Below are positions 10,929-22,790 of a stretch of 64,000 bases of DNA, piece by piece (the stretch's first letter is position 1; each line of letters starts with the position of its first letter). Source of the stretch: Vicugna vicugna (Eukaryota); NCBI GenBank assembly GCA_013265495.1, contig MU060401.1, positions 2,108,001 to 2,172,000 on the forward strand. The letters run 5' to 3'. The position numbers were made by a program, and so were the translations under genes. The notes beneath the pieces were generated by a model. The model was not told the origin of the DNA. It saw only the letters and a list, made by a program, of their open reading frames with translations, and did not search any database.

Positions 10929-11417
10929 TGACTGCTGAGTAACAAACATCCCCAGACTTGGTAGCTTCAAACAACACTGATGTCACATTATACTGGGGAG
11001 CTGGTATATCTGGACTGGGCTCAGCTGGGTCACTCTTCTGCCCTATGTGATGGTCGCTGGAGTCATCTGTGTGTTTGCATTCCCTCGGTGGTTCCGATGG
11101 AACACCTAGATGCCCTCTCATCCTCCAGGTCTCCCTGCATGCCGCCCCTCATCCCTGAGTGGTCCAGCTTGGACTTCCTGACAGCAGGGCGGCAGGGCTT
11201 CAAGAAGGGGAGGCCACAGCTCAAGTCCTCTTCAAATCCCAGAAGTCCCAGGACATCACTTTCCACCACCCTCTGTTGATTGAAGCAAGTCCCAAGGCCA
11301 GGCCCTACTCAAGAAGAGGAGACAAGAACTCCCCCTCTTCCCAGAGGAGCGGCAGGTGTGCACAGAGAGGGGAGGAGTTGTTGGCAGCCAATTCTGGAAA
11401 CTCTCTTTATGGACACA
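10929..11417 (-). mobile_element. MLT1I/J-type MaLR LTR
   Basis: tgctgagtaacaaac...gggctcagctggg...aagcaagtcccaaggccaggcc...gaggagcggca. Confidence 0.75.
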
Positions 11418-12082
11418 TAGTTTCAGATAGCGATACCCTCAGCAATGAATATTACACGAGGTCAAAAGAGAAAATAGCCTGGAGTGGAGGATAAGTGAGT
11501 GAGAAATGCTCACAGCCGAGGCAGGACGATGTTTTACACTTTGCCAGGAATGGATACTTTATGATGGTACGTATTTAAGTTCATACACTTGCCTAACCTC
11601 ACGTATTAAATGATGGAAGCGTTATGACCGTCTCACACCTGAGGAAATTGAGACTGAGGGAGGTGAAATGACTTTGGGCGACCCGGCTCGTGGGTGGTGG
11701 GGCGAGGGTTTGGAACCAGGGCATGCCTTCAGAGCGCTTTTTGCAAGAATATCCCAGAGGTAGCTCTGTGACCCAATGGTTGAAGTCTTCCTTTTCCCAC
11801 GAATTGACCCAACTAGCCAGAGGGGCGGACTGTTGCCATCACCTTCACGTGATCCTTTTGCCACCACTTTACAGGCATACGTTTGATTCTGAGCAGATGA
11901 CAGAGAACTGGAGGCATGTAGGTTCAAAACATCCTTGGGGGGCTAGAGAGATGAGGCCCCCAAGAGATGGATGAATTAAACCTCACACACCCACTAGGGG
12001 TAAATGATCCCAGGTTGGCTTTATCTGCAAGGGGAAGCTGATGGTGTTATATCTTTAAAATAGCTGCTACACTTTGAACATT

Positions 12083-12497
12083 TGTCGTCAAGAGATCAGG
12101 AGACCCCTGGGTCACAAAGGACTTTTTACTCACGGCACAGCAAGCAGCAAGGTCACGGCGGTCCTCATCCTCCCTCAAGGAGGGATCCGGGTGAACCCTG
12201 CACGCTCAGGGAGTTTGCATCCCAGCTGAGAAGCCCTGAGCTTAGGGAACCTGACTCTTTTATGATGGGCTGCAAGCAAGCCTGCCTGAACCGGCCTCCA
12301 ATGAAACCTGATCTCCATGACACCGGACACGGCCAACGAAACAGCACCGAGCTGGGGAGCAGAGAGCAGGCGCTACCTCCCGAGGCAGTCTGCTTCATAA
12401 GCATCCTCGGAAAGGTAGCCCCGAATGGAAGGGCGGTCAGTCCCTCATCACAAGACAGGCGGAACCATGAGACACGCGTGGAGAACTGTCACCCAGC
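12083..12497 (-). mobile_element. MER74-type ERVL LTR
   Basis: caaaggactttttactcacggcacagcaagcagca...ccctgagcttagggaacctgactcttttatgatggg...gagaactgtcaccc. Confidence 0.8.
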
Positions 12498-13829
12498 CCC
12501 TTGTTGGGAACCAGGCCCGGTGGTCCCAGCTAACTGAACCCTCACAGCAGTCCCGTGAGGCAGACGCTGTCATTCCACTTTCCAGCTGAGGACGCTGACC
12601 CTGGACAGGTCCCTTAGCTCTGTCCTCCACACTTGTCCTCCAAGTTGGTCCCCCTGCCCCACCCTGGCTCTCGGAGTCCACGTGTCACCACTGCGCCACA
12701 TGGCAGACGACACGAAAGCTGTCAATGGTCCACCTGCTAAGTGGCTCATCTCAGTCACACACTAGGGAGTGACAGACTCCCAAGTCACCTGCTAATGGGG
12801 GAGCATGGAAGTACCTGTTACATAGCGCTGCTTTAAGGACTGGATGAGATAAGCCAGGTACAGTGCTTTGAGGTTCCAGCCACATACTTATGGGAAGTTT
12901 GTCACCAAGAGTTCGGCTTCCTCCTCTCCCGGTGTGACCCCGTCCTCTCTCCTCCCCTCCTGAGCACAGCAGGTCCACAGGGCGGACCCTCCATCCTGCA
13001 CCAGGGGCAAGGCTGCCGCGAGACGTAGCCCAGCCCCGCTGCCCCGTTCAGCACCCCAGTGCTGGGAAGCGGTGGGCGTTGTCTTATGGAGATTCCTGTG
13101 AAAGCAACAGCCACTTCGAGGTCCACGGAAGCCCGTAGCATCCTCTGTGTTGCTGTTCAGAGGTCAGAAGCCCACCTCTGGACCCAGGACTCTTGTCTGC
13201 TGCGGGGCGATGGAAAAGTGCCGACTTCCCACTAGAAAGTGAGTTCTTCCAGGTCGAGCGAGAACTGTCATTCCTCCAGTCGGTGCCTGGCCTAGGTGCT
13301 CCAAACGTGCTGCCCGAGGCCCTGCTTCGTGGAAGATGCCTCCATCCCCTCTGAGCTGCTGTACCTGCTGGGACAGCCTGGGACCTCCCTTCCTCCCTGG
13401 CCCTCTGCCCCAGACCTGGGTTTCATCCCCTCCCGAGGCTCCCCTCGTCCGCCTGGCTGGCCCCGCAGTCTGTCACCGACAGGATGGCCAACCTCAGAGC
13501 CGGGTGACCTCTCAAAGACACCAGGTTTTGTTTAATTCTCAGAATTCACCTCTCTCCACCCTTATCAGAGGCAGCTAGTCCCCAGCTGGGGAGGCTGTTT
13601 GGCACCTTTCCCTGAATTTTGAAACAGATGGGCTGGGAGCTCCTGTGTCCTTTTTTTTTTTTTTTTTTTTAGGAGAAAGGAAAGACCGTGACAGGACAGG
13701 ATGGGGTGGAGGAAAGTTCCCGAGAGAAAAAGCCAGACGCATGTGTCATTATGATGCCCGCCCCATCATGAAAACCTTCATCACCGCTTTTTCAGAAGAA
13801 GGTCTTCCATGCATGTCCCTGTTTTCAGA

Positions 13830-14000
13830 GCTGTCATCACGTGCCAAATTCTCACCTAACGCACCGTCTCTTCTAACCCTTACAGCAGCACCTTGAGGTT
13901 TTATTATCTCCATTTTACAGATGAGAAAACTGAGGCAGAGTCACTGCCCGAAGCCACACACAGCGTGGAGGATCCAGGGTCCGAACACAGGGCCACCGTC
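13830..14000 (-). mobile_element. MIR SINE
   Basis: ttattatctccattttacagatgagaaaactgaggcagag...gcccgaagccacacacag. Confidence 0.85.
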
Positions 14001-15291
14001 TCCGTGGGTGCCTGAGGCAACAGCAGGTCCAAGTAGACCTCAGCTCATCCTCGCAGTAGCCTCCCTCCCCATTTTATACGGTTCTGAGGACACCGCTTCC
14101 ATTTTCAAGTCGCGCAGCCAGCAATGGTTGAGCACAGGAGAAATAATAATACTAAACAGTGTCTGGCATGGGGTGGGCGGTGTTCAAAAGCCTCCACCAC
14201 CTATGAATTTAGTTAATGCCAACGGCCACACGATATACTAGGTCACCATATTATTATTATTGCTATTTTATGGGTGGGAAAAATAAGGCTGAGGGATATA
14301 AAGCAGGTCCAAGACCGAACTGCTGGTGAGCGGTACAAACAGGTTCAATTCACAGCCGTCTGACCCCGTAGCTATGTTGTTCTTGACCGTCACACTATCC
14401 TTCTGATGCAGGCTGTGGTCAGGGGGACCCCGACATCAAGGTCTTTCTCTAGTGGGATCGCCTGGTGCTTAGAGGGGGACAGTCACAGCAGACCCTATGC
14501 GATCACATGCCAACCTTCCTTCCTTCCTTCCCGCCCTGATCAGTCCAGACGCCCCACACCCTAGAAGCCGCAGGGACGTTCTGAGTCTGGTGCAAACTGG
14601 TTTGAGTGGAAAACATCCCTTAAAGGGGGAATGACTGTAGCAGGCTATACCCTGAGTCAGGAGGGGCGGAGGAGAGATTTCCTAGAAGGGGAGCTGCAGG
14701 AAGGAAGCTGTTTGTGAACTATGGGCACATGCCTGTAATGGCAAATCTCCCTCCATCAAAAAAGTTAACCAAGAGAAGCCAAGCCTGAGTGCTTGACCCC
14801 TAGGCTCGCTCCAGGGCATGTGCTGAGAACGGTGTAGGGTCCTGCTCACCTGGATCCTATAGGAGAAAGCTCTTCCCGTGGTCTGAAGATGTCCAGGCAT
14901 CTGAACCTAGAGGGTCACGTGTGAGCTCAAACCCACAAAGGAGTAAGATGTCCAGATTGACGCCACGTGTCCTTTGAGCCGTTTCCTTCAGTTCTCTGCC
15001 TCCTAACTTGACTTTGTGATGGTTTCACTATTTCTCCTGGTTTCCCACCATGATTACATCATTTCCCACCTTAGCTTGTGCCTTCCGTCAGTTTCTAAGC
15101 TGTATCTTCTTTCGTTGGAGATTTTTGGGTTTAGGGGGTCTCACTGCAGAAAATCACAAGCAGGAAAAAGGGAAACTGTGCCTAGTGAGCATCTCCTGTG
15201 TGCCAGAATACAACCCTGAGGGTGGCAGACGCTTTCTGCATTTTGCCTCTCCCGCGCACCCCGGGAGGGTTTGCAAATAAACGTCCATTAC

Positions 15292-15323
15292 GACCGTGAC
15301 CGTGACCGTGACCGTGACCGTGA
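15292..15323. repeat. (GACCGT)5 hexamer microsatellite
   Basis: Five perfect gaccgt units plus ga. Confidence 0.95.
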
Positions 15324-15779
15324 GGAGTTCTAGCAAGGGGAGTGCGGGCTGCTTTGAGAACCTACAGCCAGGGGTCTTAACCCACTCAAGGGAGTTGTTT
15401 TACACTAATTCTGTTATTCTAACCTCTCCTACTTTTATCCATCTCTTTAATTGGGTTTGTTTTATCCTTTGTTTGGAATGTTATCCATTTAGAATTTTCT
15501 TCTTTGATAGACTGGCGGGCAGGCAGGAAGTGGATATATGGTGACTGCTGGAAGAATAGTTCACACTCTCATCAAAATGGTCCTTTAGCTGCCCCTCCCA
15601 GCAATGCTCAGTAACTCTCCCAAGCACACACACACACATATACTCTCCCTCCCTTCAAAATTCTGTGGAATCTGAGTTACAGAGAAGATAAATTTCTCAA
15701 CATTTGTACCTTAACTGCTGGATGCTTTCTCGAGCGCATTTTATTTCATTTTTTAAGACATGGTGGTATATTATATATC

Positions 15780-15945
15780 CCAAAAGTGCCTGACGTTTTC
15801 AGATGTACTCGGTGCCGTGGTTGGAACTTATCTTCACTGTGGCAGTAGCAGCAAGGTGCTATGTCCGTTTTCAGACGGAGGAAACGGAGGCTCAGCAAGG
15901 TTGAGAAACCTGCCCAAGGTCATGCGGCTCTCATTCGAGAAGGTG
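15780..15945 (-). mobile_element. MIR SINE
   Basis: ccgttttcagacggaggaaacggaggctcagcaaggttgagaaacctgcccaaggtca. Confidence 0.8.
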
Positions 15946-16480
15946 TGGTCTAATTCTTATAGGTGAGCACCCACAGTCCCGGAGTGACCACCCGACATCC
16001 CCAAGCAATGGGGCAAGCCTTGTGACGATCTGGATTTCCCGAAGCCACAAAACCACACCACCTCGACCTTTTAGAATTGAGTCCAACTCCTACCATGAAA
16101 ATCGTTGCCTGCCTGGGGGAGATACCACTGTGCTCCACGCTCCAGGGGATACAGAGGATGCTCATAATACAGTTGAGGGACTGTGATTTCTCAAAGGCAA
16201 CAACTATTACTGAGGGCAGGGTGGAAATGAGATCTGGATGTGCCCCTTCCCAACAGTGTGCCTTGGGGGTAAGCCTCAGTTTGCTTATCCATGAAATGGG
16301 GATCCTACCACCTCCTTGTCATTTCGGGCAAATTGTTTAACCTCACAAGGTGGTTACCCCCATCTCCCCTGTACAGATGAGGAAACACCTTTAGAGAGGT
16401 TGTCACGGAGACTGAAGTTAGGATATGTAATCTGTTTAGCACAATGCCTGGCGCAGACCTAACATATGAGTTTCTGCACT

Positions 16481-16647
16481 CGTGGTTCCCAAATTTTGCT
16501 GTATATTGGAATCACCTGGGAGCTTTAACAAAAACTCCCAATGGCTAGGTCACATCTCGTACAAACCAAACCCATGTCTGGGGGTGGGAGCCAGGTATCA
16601 GTTCTTTGCAAAGGATCCCAGTGTGCAGCAAAGCCTAGGGACCACTG
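16481..16647. mobile_element. MER5A-type MITE
   Basis: gtggttcccaaa...attggaatcacctgggagcttt...ggggtgggagccagg...gtgcagcaaagcctagggaccactg. Confidence 0.8.
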
Positions 16648-17009
16648 ATAACTCATTGTAAATTCCTGAAGGTTTCCGGTGCCTAGTTTCCCGCATTCGG
16701 GGGAGTGCAGCCTCCTGCTTGGTTAGACTCCGGTCCTCTCCATTCACTCTGGCCTCAGATCTTTCCCACTTGGTTGTGCAAGATGGATTCAGCTGCTCTG
16801 GTGGTCTTCTTGGCCACCTGGCAAATCAAACAGAGCACATGCCGTCAGCCGTCCCCCAGCGTCGTCAACGCCAATGCCAATGCCAGTTGCTGGGTTGCTT
16901 TGACCTCTCCAGTGGCTACACTGAGTCAGGTTTGATCGAGTCCCCTCCATGATCCCTCATCATTGTCCGTCAAGGAGAGTGAGAGCCGCAGTCAGCCTCG
17001 TTCAAGCCA

Positions 17010-17360
17010 CCATCATCACCTTTACCTTCCATCTGGACAACCCTGATAACCTATTTGCCTTCCTGGCCTCCACTTGAGTCCCCATCCCCGGGCATCAGCC
17101 ATTTGAGTCTGTTAAATATCCATCTCATCACTCCCCTTGCTGTGTGCCCTCAAGGGTTTCCCATTGTCATCTAAATGAGGAACAAACCCCCGATCCTGTC
17201 CTATAAGTCTCAACCCCCTCCTGTAATCTCATCCCTCTTCCTCACCCTTAAAAGCCAGGGCCATCAGAGCCTCAAAATTCAATTCCTTGACTGCTTCAGC
17301 CTCAGGACCTTTGCACATGCACCTCCAGACCACTTTTATCCCCAGCTAGTTTGTGTCTCT
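17010..17360 (+). mobile_element. L2 fragment
   Basis: tcactccccttgct...tttcccattgtcatcta...gcctcaggacctttgcacatgc. Confidence 0.7.
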
Positions 17361-17429
17361 GTTAGCTATTTCTAGGTCTCCTTCCTTTTCCTGCTGTCTC
17401 TCCTGCTAAGAGGGGATAGAAAGGTGCTT

Positions 17430-17615
17430 GGCACCCAATACTGAAAGCATTTAACAGCAAGTATTAACTCATTTAACCCTATGATGGGGACCCTATTACT
17501 TATCTGGCATGTGAGGAAACTGGAGCACTGACTGGCTGAGTAGTTTTCTTGAAGTCACACAGCAAGTCGGTTGCAGAGCTAGAACTTGAACCTGGGCAGT
17601 CTGGCCCAGAGCCCA
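17430..17615 (-). mobile_element. MIR SINE
   Basis: attaactcatttaaccctatga...tgaggaaactggagcac...gtcacacagcaagt...agagctagaacttgaacctgggcagtctgg. Confidence 0.8.
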
Positions 17616-18008
17616 AGATCTGCCCTGATTGAGACTTGCCCCCACGATTCTAGGGCTTTGCACTCCATAAGCACTTAATGATTTTTGAGCGGATAACCCT
17701 TACATGAGGGAGGGAAGGCAAAAAGCATTCTCTTCCCATCTCCTAGGTTGGCTCAAATCCAAGAGACCAGGGGAAGCGGAGGCCGCCCCGGCTCTGGGTA
17801 CCCGGATGTGCCAGTGGAACATGGGTCCACACATGTGCCCACGTGTGTCTAGACAGCCTCCCCCTGACTGGAGCCAGGTCTTTCCCGTTTCGAAAGGAAC
17901 GGTCCAACTCTCCCCCTGCCCCCTTCCCAGCCGCCTGCTCGGGGTCTCAGAACAGAACAACCCCATCAATTCATCAGGGGACGTCAGCCTTGTGGAGCGG
18001 TGTGGGGC

Positions 18009-18210
18009 ATAAATCAAGCCACGAGGAGGAAAGGTTTCCCTTTTTCTTTTTTTTTTTTTAAAAGAGGTAGTGGGGAGAGAAAAATCAAGGAAGGGGGTGG
18101 GGAGAAAGCGACGGAAGAAGGTGGGGGGGTGTGAGATCAAAGGAAAAAATTCATCAGAGATAACGAAATTATTTATTTTTCCTGCGCTCAGTCTCTGGGC
18201 CTTTGAGGCC
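18009..18210. promoter_or_regulatory. Enhancer-like motif cluster (PBX-HOX, TCF/LEF, GATA)
   Basis: ATAAATCA 18009-18016, AGATCAAAGG 18134-18143, AGATAA 18158-18163, CTTTGA 18201-18206 in non-repeat sequence. Confidence 0.35.
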
Positions 18211-18414
18211 TCCACACTGATGTATTTGGACATCTTGGGGCCGTCTGTTACCGGAGGCCACCCCAGCCCCTTCTGCTTGGGCCCAGCCCCCCAAAGGCAC
18301 GTCGGTTCCATCAGCAGCGGCTGCCCACGGAGCCTTTTGAAGTGAGTCCTGGTGGTGTTTACTGGCCTTCGTGTAAGAAACGTGTGCACAGGGCTGGCTG
18401 GCAGCAGCTGCCCC

Positions 18415-18442
18415 GGGTGGGGGCGGGGGTGGGGGAAGGGGG
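18415..18442 (+). other. G-quadruplex-forming motif with GC box
   Basis: GGG T GGGGG C GGGGG T GGGGG AA GGGGG. Confidence 0.7.
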
Positions 18443-19214
18443 TCCCCTCATCACTCATGAGCCTGTTTATTTGGGAACCAGAGCAGCCCTTTCTCCAGTT
18501 ATTACTCAACATCCTCTACAGACCAAGCTGCCCTCATTCCAGAAGGTGGGGCAGGAGTAACAGACCGCACGTTGCCAGATGCGCCCATCTTGCCTGGGCC
18601 CTGTGGCGCCCTGGGCTTTCGGAGATGACTTGGGACCAGCCGAGCATCCTTTTGGCCCTTCATCTTCAAGAGGGCTAATTACAAGCACGGACCCAGGAGC
18701 CAGAACCCTGGGCTTCCCGTCCTAGTTCTCTTACTGCGGAACACTCGTGGACAAGTGAGCTCACCTGGTCCTCAAAGCAACGCCCCTGCCCCAGATCACA
18801 GATGGAGAAGCTGCAGGTCGGACAAGGTAGCATCCGCAGAGGACTTAGAAAGGCCTAGCAAATCCGCCCTGAAGTATCACCCCTCTCCACCCCCTATTTT
18901 TTAGTTAACGGGCAGACACTATTAAGACACCATTTCATAGTCTGTTTTAACAGGACAAGAGACTGAGAAGTTGTGGTCTGAATGGACAGGGTCAAGGCTG
19001 ATGGACCGCGTGGCTGCAGGTTACCACGGCGAGGACTACAGTCAGACGGGCGAGGCCCAGCAGACCGGGGCTGCCGGGCTCTGGTGGTGTGGCCGCTGAA
19101 GCCCAGGCACCCCCCCGCCGCCCCCCGCCTACTATTTCCTCGTTGGTTAAGAGTGAGACAGTAGGTCCTTCCGGCATGAGGTTTCTGTGACGACTCAGTG
19201 GGTTTTTACTGAGT

Positions 19215-19640
19215 CAACAACACATTTATAAAACACGATGTGCCAGGCACCGTTCTCAGTGTTTGATAAAACAGTTGCTTATTTAATGCTCAGGACAAGC
19301 CTCTGAGAGCTNNNNNNNNNNNNNNNNNNNNNNNNNNNNNNNNNNNNNNNNNNNNNNNNNNNNNNNNNNNNNNNNNNNNNNNNNNNNNNNNNNNNNNNNN
19401 NNNNNNNNNNNNNNNNNNNNNNNNNNNNNNNNNNNNNNNNNNNNNNNNNNNNNNNNNNNNNNNNNNNNNNNNNNNNNNNNNNNNNNNNNNNNNNNNNNNN
19501 NNNNNNNNNNNNNNNNNNNNNNNNNNNNNNNNNNNNNNNNNNNNNNNNNAGATGGGCACTAGTATCCTCATTTTACAAACAAGGAAACTGAGGCTCAGAG
19601 ATGGGAAGAAGTTTACACAGAACAACAGGGCTCAGGGCAT
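19215..19640 (-). mobile_element. MIR spanning the assembly gap
   Basis: tgtgccaggcaccgttctc...atttaatgctcaggacaagcctctgag, gap, then tatcctcattttacaaacaaggaaactgaggctcagaga. Confidence 0.75.
19312..19549. other. Assembly gap (238 N)
   Basis: Run of N. Confidence 1.
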
Positions 19641-20703
19641 ATGGAGGTCGGACACTCGAGATTTCTCATGATCACATCTTCGAGAATCGTTCGTAACTGC
19701 AATACAGCAGGCTACCTGATTCTAGAACCCCTTGGGCAGGGCACTCTGGCACACAAAAAACAAACAGGCAAGAGAGACGACTCTTCGGGAAGAGGCAGAG
19801 AGCTCAGAGGCCCTCGGCTGCGGACCGGAGATGGGGAGGCGAGGGCTGGAATCTCTCGAGTCTCAGGGAGGAGGTGACCCAGCCTGTCTACTCGCTTCTC
19901 CTGCAGCGGCAGGGACCACAGTCTTGCAAGAGGGGCTGCGGGCCAGCCCGAACCCCGCTGTTGGGCCTTGGACACCCACGGGAACCTGAGGAGAGTGGAG
20001 CTGTCCTGGGAACACACAGGCCAGTCCAGCGCTCCTTGGGGGAGAAGCGGGTCTAATGGTGGGGCCTCTGGCCTCAGAGGCAGCATAGAAAGCGGTTCAG
20101 CAGATCCCAGAAACTCTGCAGGGCCTCCCAGGGGTGGGACAAGGGGTTTCCCAGAGCTAGAGGGGTTGCTGGAATTTCTGGTTCAAGTGTAGAGCCGGAG
20201 CCTGCTTCATACCACCAATACCAGGACAACAGGACCACCTGGCAGGAAGCCAGCTGATCTTAGCATCATTTAGTCAATTCTTTTTTGTTTTTTAAACAGA
20301 AGTGGATGCCTTCCCTCTCCTCTGCCACTAAGGGTCTTCCAGAAAGCATGGGAACAAATGCACCTCAAACTTCCCTACTCACATCCTGTACCTCATTCCG
20401 GCTCTTGCAGAAGGAGCAGGGCCGGAGATGGCCAGCATCCCCCTTGTGGAATGGGGATGGACAGATGAGCCTCGGCAACCTGCCCTCCCACCCTGGCGGG
20501 CTTGTGCTAAAGGAGGAAATTAGAGGGAGAGCAGCTCCCTGAAGGACAAAGACCGCCTCCCCCGCCGGCCCGGCACAAAAGCTCCCAGGCAGAGGGCGGA
20601 AGGCTGGTGCCGATGAAGTGCTCACCGGGCCAGAGGCACGCTCTGCTTTCGATTAAACAGTCATTATTTACTCCAGTCAGGACCAGCGCTGGGGCCAGCA
20701 GAT

Positions 20704-20713
20704 GTCACGTGAC
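20704..20713. promoter_or_regulatory. Palindromic extended E-box (CLEAR / USF / MiT-TFE type)
   Basis: GTCACGTGAC within a CpG-rich patch. Confidence 0.45.
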
Positions 20714-21514
20714 CCACGGGCTGGGGTGGGAGCCGGCAGCCCTGCTGACCCAGAAATCATGGTGCCCTTACGTTGCCTCCACACTGTGCGACGATCCAGA
20801 CACGGCTGGAAGACCTCATTAAGTTCCCGTGATGCTCCTATTGAAACAGAAATTCATCACAGGATTGCCTTATTCCTCCCAGGAAAACACTCCTGTCTAG
20901 CCTTGCCGGCTGCCTAGCCTGCTCAGAATACTTACGAACATTTTCATCAGTGACAGAACTGGGGACCTGAAACAGATTCCAGACTTTTCCCAGGCCTGGG
21001 TTTGCTATTGCTACATAATTTCTGGCTCGAGTCTCAAAATAAAGTCATCACGAGTTACAGCCTTTCTTCCTCTCCTTTTCCTAGCTCCACCAAGGGACCT
21101 TTCCAGAAGAGCATGAGCTTCAAGTCTCTTCCACTTGGAAGAGTGGTCGGTGCCGGAAATTTTAGCTGTCATGACGTATCGGGTCTGAAAAATTGATGCT
21201 TTAATTTCAAGCATGGTAAATTCTCATCCCAGTGGCTGTGAGAGTCATCATACACGTTTTACAGATGAGAAAACAGAGGTGCCCAGAAGCTCATGAGGCA
21301 GGTTTTCCCCAAATCCTCACATCCTTGCAGATCATGCATCCTGGAGTCTAACCGACCCTGATTCTGTAACCCCACGAGGGCAGGGACCCTGCCTATCTTC
21401 TGTACCATAGAACAGCGCCGGACACAGAAGAATTCAAATGTGGAATCTTGAAGCTCAGAGAGGTGGCCAGAGTTTCCAATTTCTTCAAACAGAAACAGCG
21501 ACACATCTTTAGGC

Positions 21515-21533
21515 CTACCACTAGGTGGCGCTG
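21515..21533 (+). promoter_or_regulatory. CTCF binding motif
   Basis: ctaCCACTAGGTGGCGCtg fits the core CCASYAGRKGGCR with no mismatch. Confidence 0.75.
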
Positions 21534-21939
21534 TCAAGGACACAGGTGATGAACGTGGGGTCCTAGGTCCAAGGCTTTGTCCTAATCTTTTGAGGTACAT
21601 TCAGAATGAGCTGGAAGAGATCCCAAAGAATCACCAGCATCAGTGGCACCTTTTCACAGTGGTGGGGCCATCCGGGCAGATGTGTCTTGGGTTGCCACCC
21701 TCATCTCTGGGTAGTCACCGGCTCTCTAGACCAGGCACCAGGCGGAGGCAGATTCCACCGCTTCCCATCACGCCTCTGAGCAGCCCAATAGCCTCAGGGC
21801 TCCCAAACGTACTCAGCCCAGAACCAACAAGGGTGTGAGCGTGTGTTCTTTTCCTTAATCAGAGAAGTTGCAAGTGTCTGACTTTTTAACATCTAGCGAA
21901 ACTGAGCACCAACCTTAGGGGTGTTAATTTCTAAAACTA

Positions 21940-22215
21940 GCTTTATTTTGGAATAGTTTCAGGTTTACAGGAATGTTACAGAGGCAGGACAGAGAATCGC
22001 GCCCCGTGCACACTTCGCCTGGCTTCCCTGATGTTTTCCCAATGACCATGGTACACTTGGCAGAGCTAAAAACAAACAGGTCTGTTCATAGTCATTCACT
22101 CACTCCAGGCTTTGTTCAAATTTCAGCAGTGTTTCCACTGCTGTCCTTTTTTTTTTTTTTTTTTTTGGTCCCAGGATCCAATGCAGGGCATCACATTCCA
22201 TGCAGCAGAGTGTTC
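21940..22215 (-). mobile_element. L1MC-type 3' end
   Basis: tttattttggaatagtttcaggtttacagga...accatggtacactt...ccaggatccaatgcagg. Confidence 0.75.
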
Positions 22216-22336
22216 GGTCATGAATTAAGGATTATAGTATGTTTCCTAAATCAGCCAAAAAAGAGGAAGAAATCCCCTGTGACTCCTATTCCCATGCCCC
22301 AATGCCATTATCAAGTTTGCTCTCTATCTTCTAGAC

Positions 22337-22533
22337 CTCTGAGGTCCAATACGGTACCCACTAGCCAAAGAGGTCTTTTCCGTTTCAACGTTAATTCTCC
22401 TTAATTTTAATTTCTCACCCACCTTGGCTATGTTTCAAGTGCTCAGCAGTGTGTGTTACTAGCCGCCCTGGCACTGGGCAGGAGAGGTTCTAGAAATTTC
22501 TATTATTACTTAAATTTCTATTAAACAGCACTG
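22337..22533 (-). mobile_element. MER3 hAT-Charlie MITE
   Basis: gtccaatacggtacccactagcca...tttcaagtgctca...tttctattaaacagcactg. Confidence 0.8.
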
Positions 22534-22539
22534 TGCTGG

Positions 22540-22790
22540 ATCTTTTTCTGCATTGTGCTGCAAGTATGTGTTTAAACACACGCCTTTAATTTTTGTTGTA
22601 AAGGCTGTAGGCTACTGCGTACATTTTTACCTGATGTCTTTTAGCCATCACTCCACAATGGTACCTATGCGTCTGCCCATTTTGGCCACTGCAGGGTGGT
22701 TCACAGAATCATCATTCTATAAGTCATCCCCTTTTGGTGGGCACTTAGGTTGTTCTCAAAGTCCTATTACAATAAAGGAACATTGCTTGT
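22540..22790 (-). mobile_element. L1ME fragment
   Basis: gtcatccccttttggtgggcacttaggttgttctc...tattacaataaagg. Confidence 0.55.

Noticed and set aside
13651-13672. T20-AG possible splice acceptor
   Set aside because: Simple homopolymer, with no convincing donor or coding frame downstream.
17700-18512. Longest ORF in the track (270 aa, minus strand)
   Set aside because: Near-cognate start, low-complexity tracts from purine and poly(T) runs, no recognisable domain; overlaps enhancer-like sequence.
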